Notes: generated by a model not told the origin, from the letters alone. Shown: positions 40,684 to 51,800, counted from the first letter of the stretch. The stretch is DNA of 64,000 nt from Candidatus Poribacteria bacterium (GCA_965215015.1 OZ244042.1:3680001-3744000); one strand, 5' to 3'. Made by a program: numbers and translations.

Positions 40684-41058
40684 TCAGACCACTTCTACAT
40701 CCTCGGTGCTGTTTTTGAGGGCATCTTCAGGTTGACTTGCAAGGTAGTCTTGAACCACTGTTTTTGCATCGTCCACCTGATCCGCGTGGACAAGGAGCGC
40801 ACCCCATTCCGATTCAAGCCGGATCCCACCGAGCGCGGAAATCTCATGTGGGCGCACCACCGCCTCAATACCTTCACCCTCCAGTACTCCCTTAATCAGG
40901 TTTCCGACAAATTCGTTCGGAATCTCCTGAACAGCTGCCCAATCAACATATTCTGCGGTGTCCTCCGGTGGGCGTTCCGACACTAATTCAATTTGGCAAT
41001 CGGCACAGATTGAAACATCTGAGGTATATTCAGCACTACATTTTGGGCAAAATAGCAT
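40684..41058 (-). CDS. Zinc-ribbon plus DUF2007-like protein
   Basis: CPKC...CADC, IKGVLEGEGI, LLV......A. Confidence 0.75.
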   Translation of the reverse strand: MLFCPKCSAEYTSDVSICADCQIELVSERPPEDTAEYVDWAAVQEIPNEFVGNLIKGVLEGEGIEAVVRPHEISALGGIRLESEWGALLVHADQVDDAKTVVQDYLASQPEDALKNSTEDVEVV

Positions 41059-41174
41059 GATAGACGCCTCCTTTCCTGTCAGAACTTATGAGGATTTGAA
41101 CCTTCAACTGCGTAAGGCCTACCGGATTGCCAATTGGCAAAAATTGAACCCCAACACGCCCCCGAAAACCGACT

Positions 41175-41996
41175 CTATTTCCCAAAATTCCAAAGCTGAA
41201 GTGCAGTTTTACCCAAGACCCATTCCCGATCTTCCGGCGCGAAAAAGTCCATCTCGTCCCGCACGACCGACAAGGTCTGGGCGTAAGTCGCTTTGCTCAA
41301 GCAGACGGGCCAATCTGTTCCCCACATAATGCGCCTTCCGCCAAATGCCTGATAGACTTTCTTGACTAAGTCGTGTGTATCCGCCCAAGGATAGCCGGTA
41401 TTGGAAGCCGACCAAGTATGGCTAATTTTGACATAAACCCGTGGGAAGCGTGCCATGTCTAGCAACAGCTGTTGTTTGTCAGAGTCATCCGGTGGCGCGC
41501 TTGCCATGTGATCGATGCAGACATCAAGATCGCCGTGTCGTTCCAAGATTGCCGCAAGGTCAGGCATCCGATCCACACCAGTCAAAATTAGCATCGGAAC
41601 GCCAAGGGCTTCTGCACGACTGAAGATTGGGGACATCAACGGACCTGTGAACCAATCGTTGGTAGCACCGCCAGACGGACTGAGGCGGACACCGTGGAAG
41701 CCGTGCTCCTCTATCCAATGACTCAGATGGTCTGGGGCGTCGGGGTCTTCCGGGTTAATCCGGCAGACCGCCATGAATTTATCGGGATAGTCTTTTATCG
41801 CCTTGGCGGCGTAACTATTTTCCCAACGATAATGGATGACCTGCACCAGTACCGTTTTCTCAACGCCGTTGGCATCCATCAATTCCAGTAACATCTCCGG
41901 TGTAGCGTCTTCCGTCGGTGGGCTAGTTGTCTCAGGTGCCCACGGGAATTGTGGGTCATTTTTCCACACATGAACGTGTGGATCAATAATTCTCAA
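41175..41996 (-). CDS. Amidohydrolase_2 family protein
   Basis: IIDPHVH, GVRL, IDH, VYVKIS, RIMWGTDWP. Confidence 0.9.
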   Translation of the reverse strand: MRIIDPHVHVWKNDPQFPWAPETTSPPTEDATPEMLLELMDANGVEKTVLVQVIHYRWENSYAAKAIKDYPDKFMAVCRINPEDPDAPDHLSHWIEEHGFHGVRLSPSGGATNDWFTGPLMSPIFSRAEALGVPMLILTGVDRMPDLAAILERHGDLDVCIDHMASAPPDDSDKQQLLLDMARFPRVYVKISHTWSASNTGYPWADTHDLVKKVYQAFGGRRIMWGTDWPVCLSKATYAQTLSVVRDEMDFFAPEDREWVLGKTALQLWNFGK

Positions 41997-42379
41997 TTTT
42001 GTTTTCCTTTCTATATCAGGACTTTTCGGATTTTCTTGATGAAATAGTTTAGATTGCTTAGGATTGTTCTGCTCAATTTTGCACTGACCCCGATTTTATC
42101 GGAATTCAAAGCAACTTGTCAAGAAGAAACTCTACTCACAAATTCTATCAGACGAAAATGCAGTGGTTATAATAACCCAAGTTGTCAATAGTAGGCCTGC
42201 GGCGTATGCCCTTCCCCCGCTAAGAACCCTACGCAACCCGGTGGATTGCCCATCAATTCCTGACTCATTGAGCCTATTCCCCACCGCCGCCGAGGTAGGT
42301 ACACCTGCGTTCTTTCCCCCCGCTGCGGGGGGTTAGGGGGGGGCTTTCCTCCCCGCTTGCGGGGGGGGGTATACATTAG

Positions 42380-43564
42380 TTACACACCCAACTCCCCCTT
42401 AACCTCGGCAAACATCCTGACAGCAAAATCGAGGTCTTCGACCGAATGCACGGCGGAGATCTGCGTCCGGATTCGCGCCGTACCCTCAGGGACGACAGGA
42501 TAGAAGAAGCCGATCACATATACCTCCTTTTCGAGGAGGCGCGCTGCCATCTGCTGCGCCAACCTTGCATCCCCAAGCATGATCGGCACGATGGGATGCG
42601 AGCCAGATGGCATGTCAAATCCCACTTCCGCCATTTTTGATCGGAAGTAGCGAGTATTCTCCTCCAACTTGTCCCGCAGGACGGTGGACACTGTTATCAT
42701 CTCAAGTGCCTTCAGAGACGCGCTGACGATACTGGGAGCAACGGTGTTGGAAAACAGGTAGGGACGTGAGCGTTGGCGTAGCAGATCAATAATTTCACCC
42801 CTGCCGCTTGTGAAGCCGCCGCTGGCACCGCCAAGTGCCTTTCCAAGCGTGCTAGTGATAATGTCAATTCTGCCCATAACGTCGCGGTATTCATGCGTAC
42901 CTTTGCCCGTTTTCCCCATAAATCCGGTTGCGTGGGAATCGTCGATCATGACCAGCGCGTCGTATTTATCCGCAAGGTCGCAGATACCCTGCAGATTAGC
43001 AATCGTGCCGTCCATAGAGAACACGCCATCTGTTGCGATCAGACGGAAGCGCGAGTCCTGAGCGTTCTTGAGTTTGGCTTCTAAATCCTCCACATCACAA
43101 TTTTTGAAACGCAGACGCTTCGCTTTGCAGAGCCGGATGCCGTCGATGATGCTGGCGTGGTTTAATTCGTCACTGAGGATTGCATCCTCCTCGGTCAGCA
43201 ACGTCTCAAACAGTCCCCCGTTTGCATCAAAACAGGAAGTATAAAGGATGGTGTCCTCTGTTTCGAGGAATTCGGAGATTTTCTCTTCCAGCGTCCTGTG
43301 GATCGACTGTGTCCCGCAAATAAAGCGTACAGACGAAAGCCCGTGCCCCCATTGGTCTATGCCGTCCTTCGCTGCTTCAATAATCTCCGGGTGATTTGAC
43401 AACCCAAGGTAGTTATTGGCACACATATTGAGGACGGTTCCGCCGGTCTCAACATTGATGCGAGCCTGCTGTGGGCTAGTGATGACTCGCTCCCTTTTAT
43501 ATAACCCCCTTTCCTCGATGTCTTTGAGCTGCGTTCTCAAATGAGATTTCATCATATCAATCAT
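42380..43564 (-). CDS. kbl: Glycine C-acetyltransferase (2-amino-3-ketobutyrate CoA ligase)
   Basis: [53 protein letters not shown]. Confidence 0.95.
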   Translation of the reverse strand: MIDMMKSHLRTQLKDIEERGLYKRERVITSPQQARINVETGGTVLNMCANNYLGLSNHPEIIEAAKDGIDQWGHGLSSVRFICGTQSIHRTLEEKISEFLETEDTILYTSCFDANGGLFETLLTEEDAILSDELNHASIIDGIRLCKAKRLRFKNCDVEDLEAKLKNAQDSRFRLIATDGVFSMDGTIANLQGICDLADKYDALVMIDDSHATGFMGKTGKGTHEYRDVMGRIDIITSTLGKALGGASGGFTSGRGEIIDLLRQRSRPYLFSNTVAPSIVSASLKALEMITVSTVLRDKLEENTRYFRSKMAEVGFDMPSGSHPIVPIMLGDARLAQQMAARLLEKEVYVIGFFYPVVPEGTARIRTQISAVHSVEDLDFAVRMFAEVKGELGV

Positions 43565-43601
43565 ATCGCATTCCCTCCATCCGGATAGATCATTCAATCA
43601 C

Positions 43602-44366
43602 TTACATCATCAAATCACCGCCGTTAATATCAATCGATGCCCCTGTAATATACGCCGCATCCGTTGCTAGAAAGACTATGAGTTGCGCTACTTCTTCGGG
43701 TGTCCCTAATCTAGGAATCGGAAAGCTCTCTTCATAAGCACGTAATTGTTCAGGAGAACAGTTTTCCCGTGCCATCTCCGTGTCGATTAATCCGGGGCAC
43801 ACCGCATTGACAGTGATACCAAAAGGGGCCACCTCTTTTGCCATCCCCCGCGTCAAGCCAAGGACCCCCGCCTTAGCAGCTGTATAATGTACACCCCCGA
43901 GTGTGCTGACGCTTCTCCCCGCAGATGAAGACATATTGACGATGCGACCAAATTTATTCGCCTTCATGATCGGCAGCACTGCCTTTGAACAGAGAAAGCT
44001 ACCGTTCAAGTTTACATCAATGACCTCATCCCACTCAGCTTTGGTAACGTTGTCAATGCGGGTCGGATAGAGAATGCCCGCATTATTGACCAGAATACCC
44101 ACCGTCCCATACTGTTCGATAGCCATTCCGACCATATCAGCGACCTCATTCTCTTTCGTGACATCAGTCGCCATCGCCAACGCACTGTTCGCCCCGGCGG
44201 CGTTTATTCTCTCAGCGACCTGTGCGACCTTTTCCACATTGAGGTCGCTCAAGACAACCTTCGTACCTTCCGCTGCCAGGTGCCCGGCAATTACGGCACC
44301 CATCCCTTGAGCAGCACCGGTAACAATCGCTACCTGATTGTAAAGTTTTCCCTCGGATTGTTCCAT
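43602..44366 (-). CDS. Classical SDR oxidoreductase
   Basis: TGAAQGMG, NNAG, YTAAK, PG.IDT. Confidence 0.93.
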   Translation of the reverse strand: MEQSEGKLYNQVAIVTGAAQGMGAVIAGHLAAEGTKVVLSDLNVEKVAQVAERINAAGANSALAMATDVTKENEVADMVGMAIEQYGTVGILVNNAGILYPTRIDNVTKAEWDEVIDVNLNGSFLCSKAVLPIMKANKFGRIVNMSSSAGRSVSTLGGVHYTAAKAGVLGLTRGMAKEVAPFGITVNAVCPGLIDTEMARENCSPEQLRAYEESFPIPRLGTPEEVAQLIVFLATDAAYITGASIDINGGDLMM

Positions 44367-44387
44367 CGTGTGTCCCCTCGTGCCCTC

Positions 44388-45515
44388 TCACGCAATTTTC
44401 ATCAACTTATCAGTTGCCTTCAAACCTGAGCCTGTCAAGATGGAGACGGTGATATCTCCTACACGGATAATTCCCGATTCCACAAACTTATCAAAAGCTT
44501 TGACGATAACCGCGGAAGTGGGTTCAACGTAAATACCCTTTGAAGCGAGATCTTTAGTTCCGGACTCAATTTCCGCCTCATCGACGATTGTTATTGCACC
44601 GTTGGTTTCACGGAGTGCCTGCATAATTGTATTCCCGCGAATCGGTGCCTCCGATGTGATGCCCTCCGCGAGGGTCTCATAAGTTTGGGGAGACCTTTCA
44701 ATCTGTGCCCTGTTTTCGGCATAAGCCTTATAAACCGGACAGCACGCAGCGGATTGAACCCCAAGTAAGCGGGGAATTTTGGTGATAATTCCCTGTGCGT
44801 GAAGCTCTCCAAAGCCAATGTGCAAGCCCATATAAACGCTTCCGAACCCGATTGGACAGATGATATGGTCGGGAGCCTGCCAACCGAGCTGCTCTGTAAT
44901 CTCGAAGGCGATGGTTTTTGTGCCCTCTAAAAAGAAGGGATTCCAGTTGTGCGAGGCGTAATAGGTAGTCTCCGCTGCTTCGAGAACTGCCTGTGTCGTT
45001 GCCGCGCGATTTCCTTCGATCAGTTTTAGCTTCGCACCGTACATCGAAATCTGCGTGAGCTTGCCTTTTGAGGTGGAAGCCGGGCAGTAGATTGTACAGT
45101 CAATTCCCGCCTTCGCACTATACGCCGCTATCGCTGCCCCCGCATTCCCCGACGAATCCTCAACAACCTCTTGGACACCAAGGGCCTTGACTTTGGACAA
45201 CAGGACAGCAGCCCCACGGTCTTTGTACGAACCTGTCGGGCAAACAAAATCCAACTTCAGTCGATGGTCATGTAGGGCGTTATCAAAAGATATGAGCGGC
45301 GTCATTCCCTCACCGAGCGAGATTATCGATGCGTCATCGGTAATTGGAAGGGCCTGGTGATAACGCCAGAGCGTGTTGTCCTCCACGGAGACCCGGTCAA
45401 TTGAAAATCCAATCTCTGTTTTCTTTAGTTCAAGCGGTTGACCACAATCACATTTGTACCGAAGAGTGTCGGTACGGTATGTTATATGGCACCGGTTGCA
45501 GATATATTCAATCAT
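44388..45515 (-). CDS. thrC: Threonine synthase (zinc-ribbon type)
   Basis: C..C...C.CG, LWRY, SLGEG.TP, PTGSYKDRG, SSGNAG, EPTSA, LTGSGLK. Confidence 0.85.
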   Translation of the reverse strand: MIEYICNRCHITYRTDTLRYKCDCGQPLELKKTEIGFSIDRVSVEDNTLWRYHQALPITDDASIISLGEGMTPLISFDNALHDHRLKLDFVCPTGSYKDRGAAVLLSKVKALGVQEVVEDSSGNAGAAIAAYSAKAGIDCTIYCPASTSKGKLTQISMYGAKLKLIEGNRAATTQAVLEAAETTYYASHNWNPFFLEGTKTIAFEITEQLGWQAPDHIICPIGFGSVYMGLHIGFGELHAQGIITKIPRLLGVQSAACCPVYKAYAENRAQIERSPQTYETLAEGITSEAPIRGNTIMQALRETNGAITIVDEAEIESGTKDLASKGIYVEPTSAVIVKAFDKFVESGIIRVGDITVSILTGSGLKATDKLMKIA

Positions 45516-45628
45516 TTTCCTCTTCCGTACTATCAAGTCGCGCTTATGAATTCTCCAGCTTCTCAACTAGTTAAGGGGTGCTCATACATAATTGTCTGAA
45601 TCGCGGATCCAACTGCGTAAGCCCCTAC

Positions 45629-45785
45629 CTAGGTGTTTCCAGACGCCTCCCGTCCAAACAGTCCGTACATTGTAACCCAACCTCCCACATCATCCCAGTC
45701 AATATCCGCGGGAATCACTAGCACATCCTTCGCCTTTTCCATCACGCCGCAATCAACGTCCGCCAGCCATAATAACCGTATACAT
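45629..45785 (-). pseudogene. Internally deleted mannose-1-phosphate guanylyltransferase (manC-like) remnant
   Basis: GGGAGG RBS, then MYTVIMAGG joined out of frame to DCGVMEKAKDVLVIPADIDWDDVGGW...GN, both ManC signatures. Not in the ORF track. Confidence 0.75.
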
Positions 45786-45816
45786 GCTGCCTCCCAACCT
45801 AGATTTTCAATCTTAG

Positions 45817-46536
45817 CTAGTCCTTTTTAAGACTATCATCGACAAGCCAATATTTGAGAATGATGTAAATCGCAACAATCCCATCTTTCCATTTAATTTT
45901 TTTTCCTTCGGCGTAGGTGCGGGCGTGATAACTGATGGGAACTTCATGGAAGCGTAATTTCCGCTTGGCAATTTTCGCGGTAATCTCTGGTTCGATGCCA
46001 AAACCGTTTGACCGTAACGGGATTGTCTTCAAGGATTGTAGCCAAAATGCCTTATAACAGGTTTCCATGTCCGTCAGATTGAGGTTCGTAAACCTGTTAC
46101 TCAAATATGTCAGAAACCTGTTCCCTAAAGCATGTTTGGAATACAGGGCACGCCCGTTTCCTTTTGTCATAAAACGAGACCCATAAACCACGTCTGCATC
46201 ACCCTGTAGAATGGGAGTCAATACTAGCTGGAAATCCTTCGGATTGTATTCAAGATCCGCATCTTGGATAATGGCTATGTCTCCAGAAGCGATTTCAATC
46301 GCTTCGCGGACTGCTGCACCCTTCCCCCGGTTCTTTCTTTGAAAAATAGGTTGAATTTGTGGATAAACACCGGCTAATTGTTCAATAATTTTAGTGGAAC
46401 CGTCGGTTGAGGCATCATCTACGATCACGAGCTCAAGGGAATCAACGCCGTTGATGCTCTGCTCAAGTACGCGGGAAACGATCTCCGCAAGCGTTTGCCT
46501 CTCATTATAAACTGGCATCAAAACACTTAGCTTCAT
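45817..46536 (-). CDS. GT2 glycosyltransferase (DPM1-like)
   Basis: LSV.MPVYNE, VDDASTD, GKGAA, QDADLEY.P, DMETCYK. Confidence 0.93.
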   Translation of the reverse strand: MKLSVLMPVYNERQTLAEIVSRVLEQSINGVDSLELVIVDDASTDGSTKIIEQLAGVYPQIQPIFQRKNRGKGAAVREAIEIASGDIAIIQDADLEYNPKDFQLVLTPILQGDADVVYGSRFMTKGNGRALYSKHALGNRFLTYLSNRFTNLNLTDMETCYKAFWLQSLKTIPLRSNGFGIEPEITAKIAKRKLRFHEVPISYHARTYAEGKKIKWKDGIVAIYIILKYWLVDDSLKKD

Positions 46537-46939
46537 GGAGTATCAATCTGTCAGTTACGACGCCCCCTATAATGCCATACACATGTCGAAAATATCCCGA
46601 AAGTTGCATGAGGCAAATACCAACGATATCACGCAATAATCCTGGCTCAATCCGCCCGGAACATTGCGCTATAGTGCCGGGGGCTTCTCAATGAGCCAAG
46701 AATTGACGGACGACCCACGGGGCAGGACTTGGGGAGCGTTGGGATTTGGCATTGCCATATACATTCCACCCCGTTGGAGCTTTTTGTTAGCTCATCGGTG
46801 CAATTAATCAACTTTTCAACGAGTGAACTCTTGAAGTCAATGGGTTCATGGACCGAAGATTACAGCATACGGCGTATGCCTACTACTAGCAACTTGCGCT
46901 ACAATAAGATTGCTGAAAGTTAAGTGATTTCCTCTGCCA

Positions 46940-48862
46940 TTACCACCAACTATACACGGAGGTGGTAAGGATAAGGCTTAGGATCGGCCAGAAGCAACCC
47001 ATCACCGCTTCGCCGAGAACCAATCCCACGAAAAAGGGAATTGCGGCACGATACGCTTTGATGCCACCATGCCTGATTAACAACCACTTCGTAACCATTG
47101 CAATCGCTACAGGGAACCAGATCATATCCGTTGTGCCGGGCGCAAGACCGATAACGTAGCCCGCCGGGTGAAGTGGGCACCAAACAAAGCGCGCCCGCAG
47201 AAACATGATACCGAGGTTCACAAAAAAAGCAAATCCGAGAACGCTCATTGACAACCAATTCGTTGGCTTGGGATTGACCAACCACCCAGATAGATAGTTG
47301 TAAGTTCCTGCACCACCGGCATGAATCTGTTCAGAACCCGCCGCAACCCCTGTCTTGTAAATTGTATATGGGTAAAGGATGAGGCTGGATTCGATACCTA
47401 CAATGCTAGCAATGATCAACACAATAAACATCGTCCGATTTCTGATGCTAGTTCGCTCTGCGAGTTTGAATGACTCAAGTTGATCGGGTATCGGGTGGGT
47501 CCGGAATCCGGCACCGCTGAGCCAGTTCATCAAAGAGAGTATTGTTAAATTTCCCGGTTTTAGGCGGCGCGTCCCGAACATAGCAACCATCAGATATTGG
47601 GGGTTTATGTAGCCTATGGAGTGAATCGGGGGGCCCAACTCCGCACGCATACGCGCCAGTCCGACAACAATTGCGAAGTAAATGCCGATGAAAACAGCGT
47701 AACCCCACAATGACATCCCACCTGCTATGCAGAAGACCATCAACACCAAGAGACAGATACAGACCGTAACAACAGCAGCTCGATAGGAGATTGGCTCATT
47801 GGCCTCATCAACCCGATTTGGACGGATGACGCGAGAGAGAACCTGTACAAAATGCCTCCTGCCTGTCCAACAGGTTACCGCGAGTAAAGCGAACAGGGCA
47901 CCTGTGCCCTGTTCCCCCAAGAATGGGTAACCGGGAATACTCCTGATGCCTGCCATACTGCCAAAGACAAGTTGGGCCTTCCGCATGAGGTAGAAGAACG
48001 TACATGAGAAGGAGAGATCCAAAGGGAGAACAAAAGAGAGACCAATGAGGTACGGGTGGAAATAAAAAGAGGTACTGCCCATGGCATTCCACGGCTTCTG
48101 TGAAAAACTGAAGACGTTTCTGGTGCGGTCATTAATGGGCAGAGAGGGGATGATAGGGAAAAAAAAAGCAATCCCGTTCAGCAGGTCAATGCCGAAGGCG
48201 ATTCCAAAACCGATCCACAGGACACGATTCCTAAAGATGCCCCCGGACTCAGCTGTGATTTCGAGGGGAATTTGGATAATCGGATACGCTAATTTCTCGC
48301 GCTCAACCCACTGTCTTCTGATGAGCGAGGTCAGACAGAGGAAAATGAGCATCAACGAAAAAATGACAATTGACCACGATAGGATAGGCGTCACCCAATA
48401 TCGTACGTAGCCGTCTGTAAAGAAATTGACATTCCCCTCGTAAAAATCGTTGACGGTCTTCGGATCGGATATGACCAACCAATCCGGCAAGTGATGAAAC
48501 AGCAACGCCGCCCAGTCATTTTCAGGAGTCGCAAAGCGGAAGGCGTAGGGCATCAGGCCCATCAGCCGGGGCATCGCGTCGTGTCCTGAGAAGCAGCTTC
48601 CCACCGCAAGCATCGCATAGATAACGAGCAGGTCTTGTTGATTGAGGGCAGCTTGGGGCGAAACCTGACGGACAATTATGTTTAGCCACGTTATTATCAG
48701 GACAGCAAACATAACGTTGACCGACAGCGACACAGTCGTCAGATGCGCCGTATGCCATATCATTTCGACATAGGCGATCCAGTAACTGTTGGCGATGATT
48801 AGCAACACGCCAATCAACACCGCACGCTTTTTGATTGAGATTATCGCGTTTGTATCCTTCAT
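46940..48862 (-). CDS. DUF6785/DUF6784-like polytopic membrane protein (OPT-like transporter)
   Basis: Many membrane helices; QW...EKL.YP..Q.P, R.RAE.G, W.PLHP.GY, PFF.GL.LG motifs. Confidence 0.7.
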   Translation of the reverse strand: MKDTNAIISIKKRAVLIGVLLIIANSYWIAYVEMIWHTAHLTTVSLSVNVMFAVLIITWLNIIVRQVSPQAALNQQDLLVIYAMLAVGSCFSGHDAMPRLMGLMPYAFRFATPENDWAALLFHHLPDWLVISDPKTVNDFYEGNVNFFTDGYVRYWVTPILSWSIVIFSLMLIFLCLTSLIRRQWVEREKLAYPIIQIPLEITAESGGIFRNRVLWIGFGIAFGIDLLNGIAFFFPIIPSLPINDRTRNVFSFSQKPWNAMGSTSFYFHPYLIGLSFVLPLDLSFSCTFFYLMRKAQLVFGSMAGIRSIPGYPFLGEQGTGALFALLAVTCWTGRRHFVQVLSRVIRPNRVDEANEPISYRAAVVTVCICLLVLMVFCIAGGMSLWGYAVFIGIYFAIVVGLARMRAELGPPIHSIGYINPQYLMVAMFGTRRLKPGNLTILSLMNWLSGAGFRTHPIPDQLESFKLAERTSIRNRTMFIVLIIASIVGIESSLILYPYTIYKTGVAAGSEQIHAGGAGTYNYLSGWLVNPKPTNWLSMSVLGFAFFVNLGIMFLRARFVWCPLHPAGYVIGLAPGTTDMIWFPVAIAMVTKWLLIRHGGIKAYRAAIPFFVGLVLGEAVMGCFWPILSLILTTSVYSWW

Positions 48863-48904
48863 GGTAGGAAACAGATAGAAATTTTGGGGAAAATTACAAA
48901 GAAG

Positions 48905-48933
48905 AAAGCCCCACACCAAAAGGCGGGGGCTTT
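48905..48933 (-). terminator. Intrinsic terminator
   Basis: aaagcccccgcc-tttt-ggtgtggggcttt followed by a T-rich tail on the minus strand. Confidence 0.65.
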
Positions 48934-48976
48934 ACTGAGGTGTATCCTGGAAGCTAAATGTGAGAGAGCCGATTTA

Positions 48977-49738
48977 TCAACGGGTTTTCAGTGAACCCCA
49001 AGTGGTCGTCAGCTTATCACCCGGCTCAACAACCCGTCCCTTGAGACCAGTCACGAAAGCATTGTCAAATGTAGCAGTGGTAGCCTCTGTGCCTACACCG
49101 ACACGACCTCCTTTGCTACCGTTTATATCCTTTCCCTCAAAGATGAGTTCCTCATCAAGAAACAGTTGGATAAAGAGACCTTGATTCAAAATTTTGATAT
49201 GCAAATCATCTCTTCCTAGCTTGTGTTTTGTCTCAGTCCCTTTTTTAATGTCCGTAATACCTCTAACATCCCGAATGACAAAGGAGGAGTTATTCTCCCA
49301 ACCAATCTCCCACCAAAACTTGATACGGCTTTTTTCATCAGCAAGCCGCCCCTTAACGGGACCATTAAGCGTAAACGACCGGGCGTCGTCTCTGCCGGGA
49401 CCGGGCTGCAAATCATCTTTGATCCGCCAAAAAATGCGAACCCCATTACTGCCCCTTAATTTTCTTGCGGTCACTTCAAAAATATATTCGTTCCACGTAT
49501 CATCCCAGAAATCATCCGAAATGACAGCGATGGTGCGCCCATCCGCCTGGCCTTGTTGGAGTGCTCCGTTCTGAATTTCCCATGCTCCTTGTAAAAACGT
49601 CCATTTTTCTGCGGAACGGTTCGGCTTTGCAAAATTATCCTCAAACAGAATCTGTGCAGCAGCAGGAGAAGCAAGTAGAATGAGTGCAACGAAGCACGCC
49701 CCTACAAAATTACATGGAATTGATAATACTTTCTTCAT
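48977..49738 (-). CDS. Secreted DUF1080/GH16-like beta-sandwich protein with C-terminal TWG motif
   Basis: Signal peptide, ILFEDNF, G.W....G, GG.VG.G, FDN..V, ends VEPGDKLTTTWGSLKTR. Confidence 0.75.
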   Translation of the reverse strand: MKKVLSIPCNFVGACFVALILLASPAAAQILFEDNFAKPNRSAEKWTFLQGAWEIQNGALQQGQADGRTIAVISDDFWDDTWNEYIFEVTARKLRGSNGVRIFWRIKDDLQPGPGRDDARSFTLNGPVKGRLADEKSRIKFWWEIGWENNSSFVIRDVRGITDIKKGTETKHKLGRDDLHIKILNQGLFIQLFLDEELIFEGKDINGSKGGRVGVGTEATTATFDNAFVTGLKGRVVEPGDKLTTTWGSLKTR

Positions 49739-49787
49739 ATCCCTCCTTTCCTAAAGATAAAAGACTATATGCAACAAGATAGATTTA

Positions 49788-50582
49788 TTAACGGGTTTTC
49801 AGCGAACCCCAAGTGGTCGTTATTTTACCACCGGGTTCGACCCCTTGTCCTTTAAGGTCCGTGATAACAAAGTCAGAAAATTCAACCGCTGTCGTATGGG
49901 TGCCCAGAGCAATCCTCCCACCCTTATTGGCACCATTAATCTCCTTGCCTTCCCAGACCAGCTCATCATCGAGAAACATCTTAACAAGTATAGCATCATT
50001 TTCAATTCTGACCTTAGTCTCTTTGTTTTTCGCGAGCTTGTGTTTTGACTCTGTACCTTTTCTGTCTTTGGCAAGTCCATTGACATCTCTTACCAAAACC
50101 GATGTAGTGCCCTCGCGACCGATATCCCACCAGAGCTTAATACGACCTTTGCCTATATCTTCGAGCCGTCCCTTTGCACCGGCATCACCTAAACAGAACG
50201 AATTGTTAAAGCCGTCGCCACACTCTCTGCCGACCTGGTTTTTCATATCATCTCTGATACGCCAGAAGATCAACGCACCATTGTCGCCCCTGAGTTTCTT
50301 TACGGTCACCTCAAAAATATACTGCGTCATCTCTTCAAATTCTTCTGTCCAAGCTGTATCCGACATGTAGGCCATTGAGCGCCCTTGCACTGCACCTTGC
50401 GTCATTTTACCGCCCTGAACTTTCCAATCTCCTACGGCGAACACCCAGTTATTTTTCGATTTCTCTGCGTTTTTGAAGTTATCCTCAAAAAGGATTTTCG
50501 CCGTAGCGGTAGGAGACACTAAGAGACACACCATAACGCTGGAGAATACGGGGGTGAATAGAAATAATAAAACTTTTTTCAT
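49788..50582 (-). CDS. Secreted DUF1080/GH16-like protein with C-terminal TWG motif (paralogue)
   Basis: Start 50582 after AGGAGGG; ILFEDNF; ends VEPGGKITTTWGSLKTR. Confidence 0.75.
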   Translation of the reverse strand: MKKVLLFLFTPVFSSVMVCLLVSPTATAKILFEDNFKNAEKSKNNWVFAVGDWKVQGGKMTQGAVQGRSMAYMSDTAWTEEFEEMTQYIFEVTVKKLRGDNGALIFWRIRDDMKNQVGRECGDGFNNSFCLGDAGAKGRLEDIGKGRIKLWWDIGREGTTSVLVRDVNGLAKDRKGTESKHKLAKNKETKVRIENDAILVKMFLDDELVWEGKEINGANKGGRIALGTHTTAVEFSDFVITDLKGQGVEPGGKITTTWGSLKTR

Positions 50583-50786
50583 TTTAGCTCCCTCCTTATC
50601 TTTAGTTAAAATACAATTTGAACTATTTATAAGAAGCGTTGAGTTATTGTCTTTCAATTTCCCTGGACGTTTAAACCGTTTTTAGTCGGACTTTGTTACA
50701 TTTCGATGTGAAAAGTGCAGTCAAAGTCTGTAATGTAATCGCCTACAGAATCACAGCCAATCTGTATTCAACAAAAGATAAAAATA

Positions 50787-50822
50787 AAGCGTGATGCCCT
50801 GATTTAACAGCGCATCACGCTT
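50787..50822 (-). terminator. Intrinsic terminator
   Basis: aagcgtgatgc...gcatcacgctt stem followed by a T-rich tail on the minus strand. Confidence 0.7.
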
Positions 50823-50840
50823 CATATTTAGACTACGCAA

Positions 50841-51800
50841 TTATAGGCCTTGTTTTGCATTCAGCTTAATATTGCCCCACGTCTGCGAGAGCTTATCCTT
50901 AGGAGTGACAGAGCGCACACCGATGAACTGGAGGTCGCCGTAGATGCAGACACAGTTGTCATTCTCAAAAGATGATGCCCAAGAGATCGAACCTTCTCGA
51001 CTCTCGCCCGCGGCTTCATGATCATTCATTGTTGAGTCAAATCCCACTATGACTCCATCAACGAATTCCTGAGGCTTGATGGTTGATATAGTCATTCCCT
51101 CTTTATAGTTAAGGGCAATTTCCATGATCATGCCATCACCGGTTTGAGTCGCCGCTGTATTTGCCGAACAATCTTCATCAAAGACGTGTACATCACCGAG
51201 AACTGCGTTCTGCCCATGGTTCCACCAGCAGGCAGGTTCGGAGGTTCCGGCACCCGTCCACGGTTTAATCCGCCACCAGTGATCGCCGGGCTGCGGTTTG
51301 CAGCAGTCAACTTGCGCGAGATCCCGGTCATCATTCCCTTTGGGCTGCCTACAAGCGTTATGCTCCCAGTCAAACTCAAGCCACAGCTCGGATGTATTGG
51401 GTGCGGTGGGGCCGCCTTTGTTCTTCGCTTCGCCGCTATTGATATCAGTAGGCAAATTCGCATCCTTGACCACACCGATATAGTAGAGACGCTCTTCGTC
51501 AAAGAGAAATCCGAAATTGTTACTTAAATCATCGGCATCATCAATGGTGCCTCGACTCACTCGGTTTGGTGAGGTTTCCTCAAAAAGGAACCAATCCGGA
51601 ACCCGTTCGACATCCATGTGCATATCAGCCTGCTGATACTCGTCCCAATGCATCTCATACTCTTCATCAACCTTGCCATCAATTTCAGGCGGTTTTTGTG
51701 CGAAGAAGGCTTTCGCTGTGCCGCCCGAATGTGCGAAAACAAGCACTGTAGAAAATAGCATTACTAACGCCATTGTACAGAGAATAGCGTACCTTAACAT
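50841..51800 (-). CDS. Secreted CBM9/DOMON-like protein with C-terminal TWG motif
   Basis: PPEIDG.VD, D.E.LY....V.D, G..MEI, VGFD....D.; Cys-rich; ends VTPKDKLSQTWGNIK... Confidence 0.7.
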   Translation of the reverse strand: MLRYAILCTMALVMLFSTVLVFAHSGGTAKAFFAQKPPEIDGKVDEEYEMHWDEYQQADMHMDVERVPDWFLFEETSPNRVSRGTIDDADDLSNNFGFLFDEERLYYIGVVKDANLPTDINSGEAKNKGGPTAPNTSELWLEFDWEHNACRQPKGNDDRDLAQVDCCKPQPGDHWWRIKPWTGAGTSEPACWWNHGQNAVLGDVHVFDEDCSANTAATQTGDGMIMEIALNYKEGMTISTIKPQEFVDGVIVGFDSTMNDHEAAGESREGSISWASSFENDNCVCIYGDLQFIGVRSVTPKDKLSQTWGNIKLNAKQGL

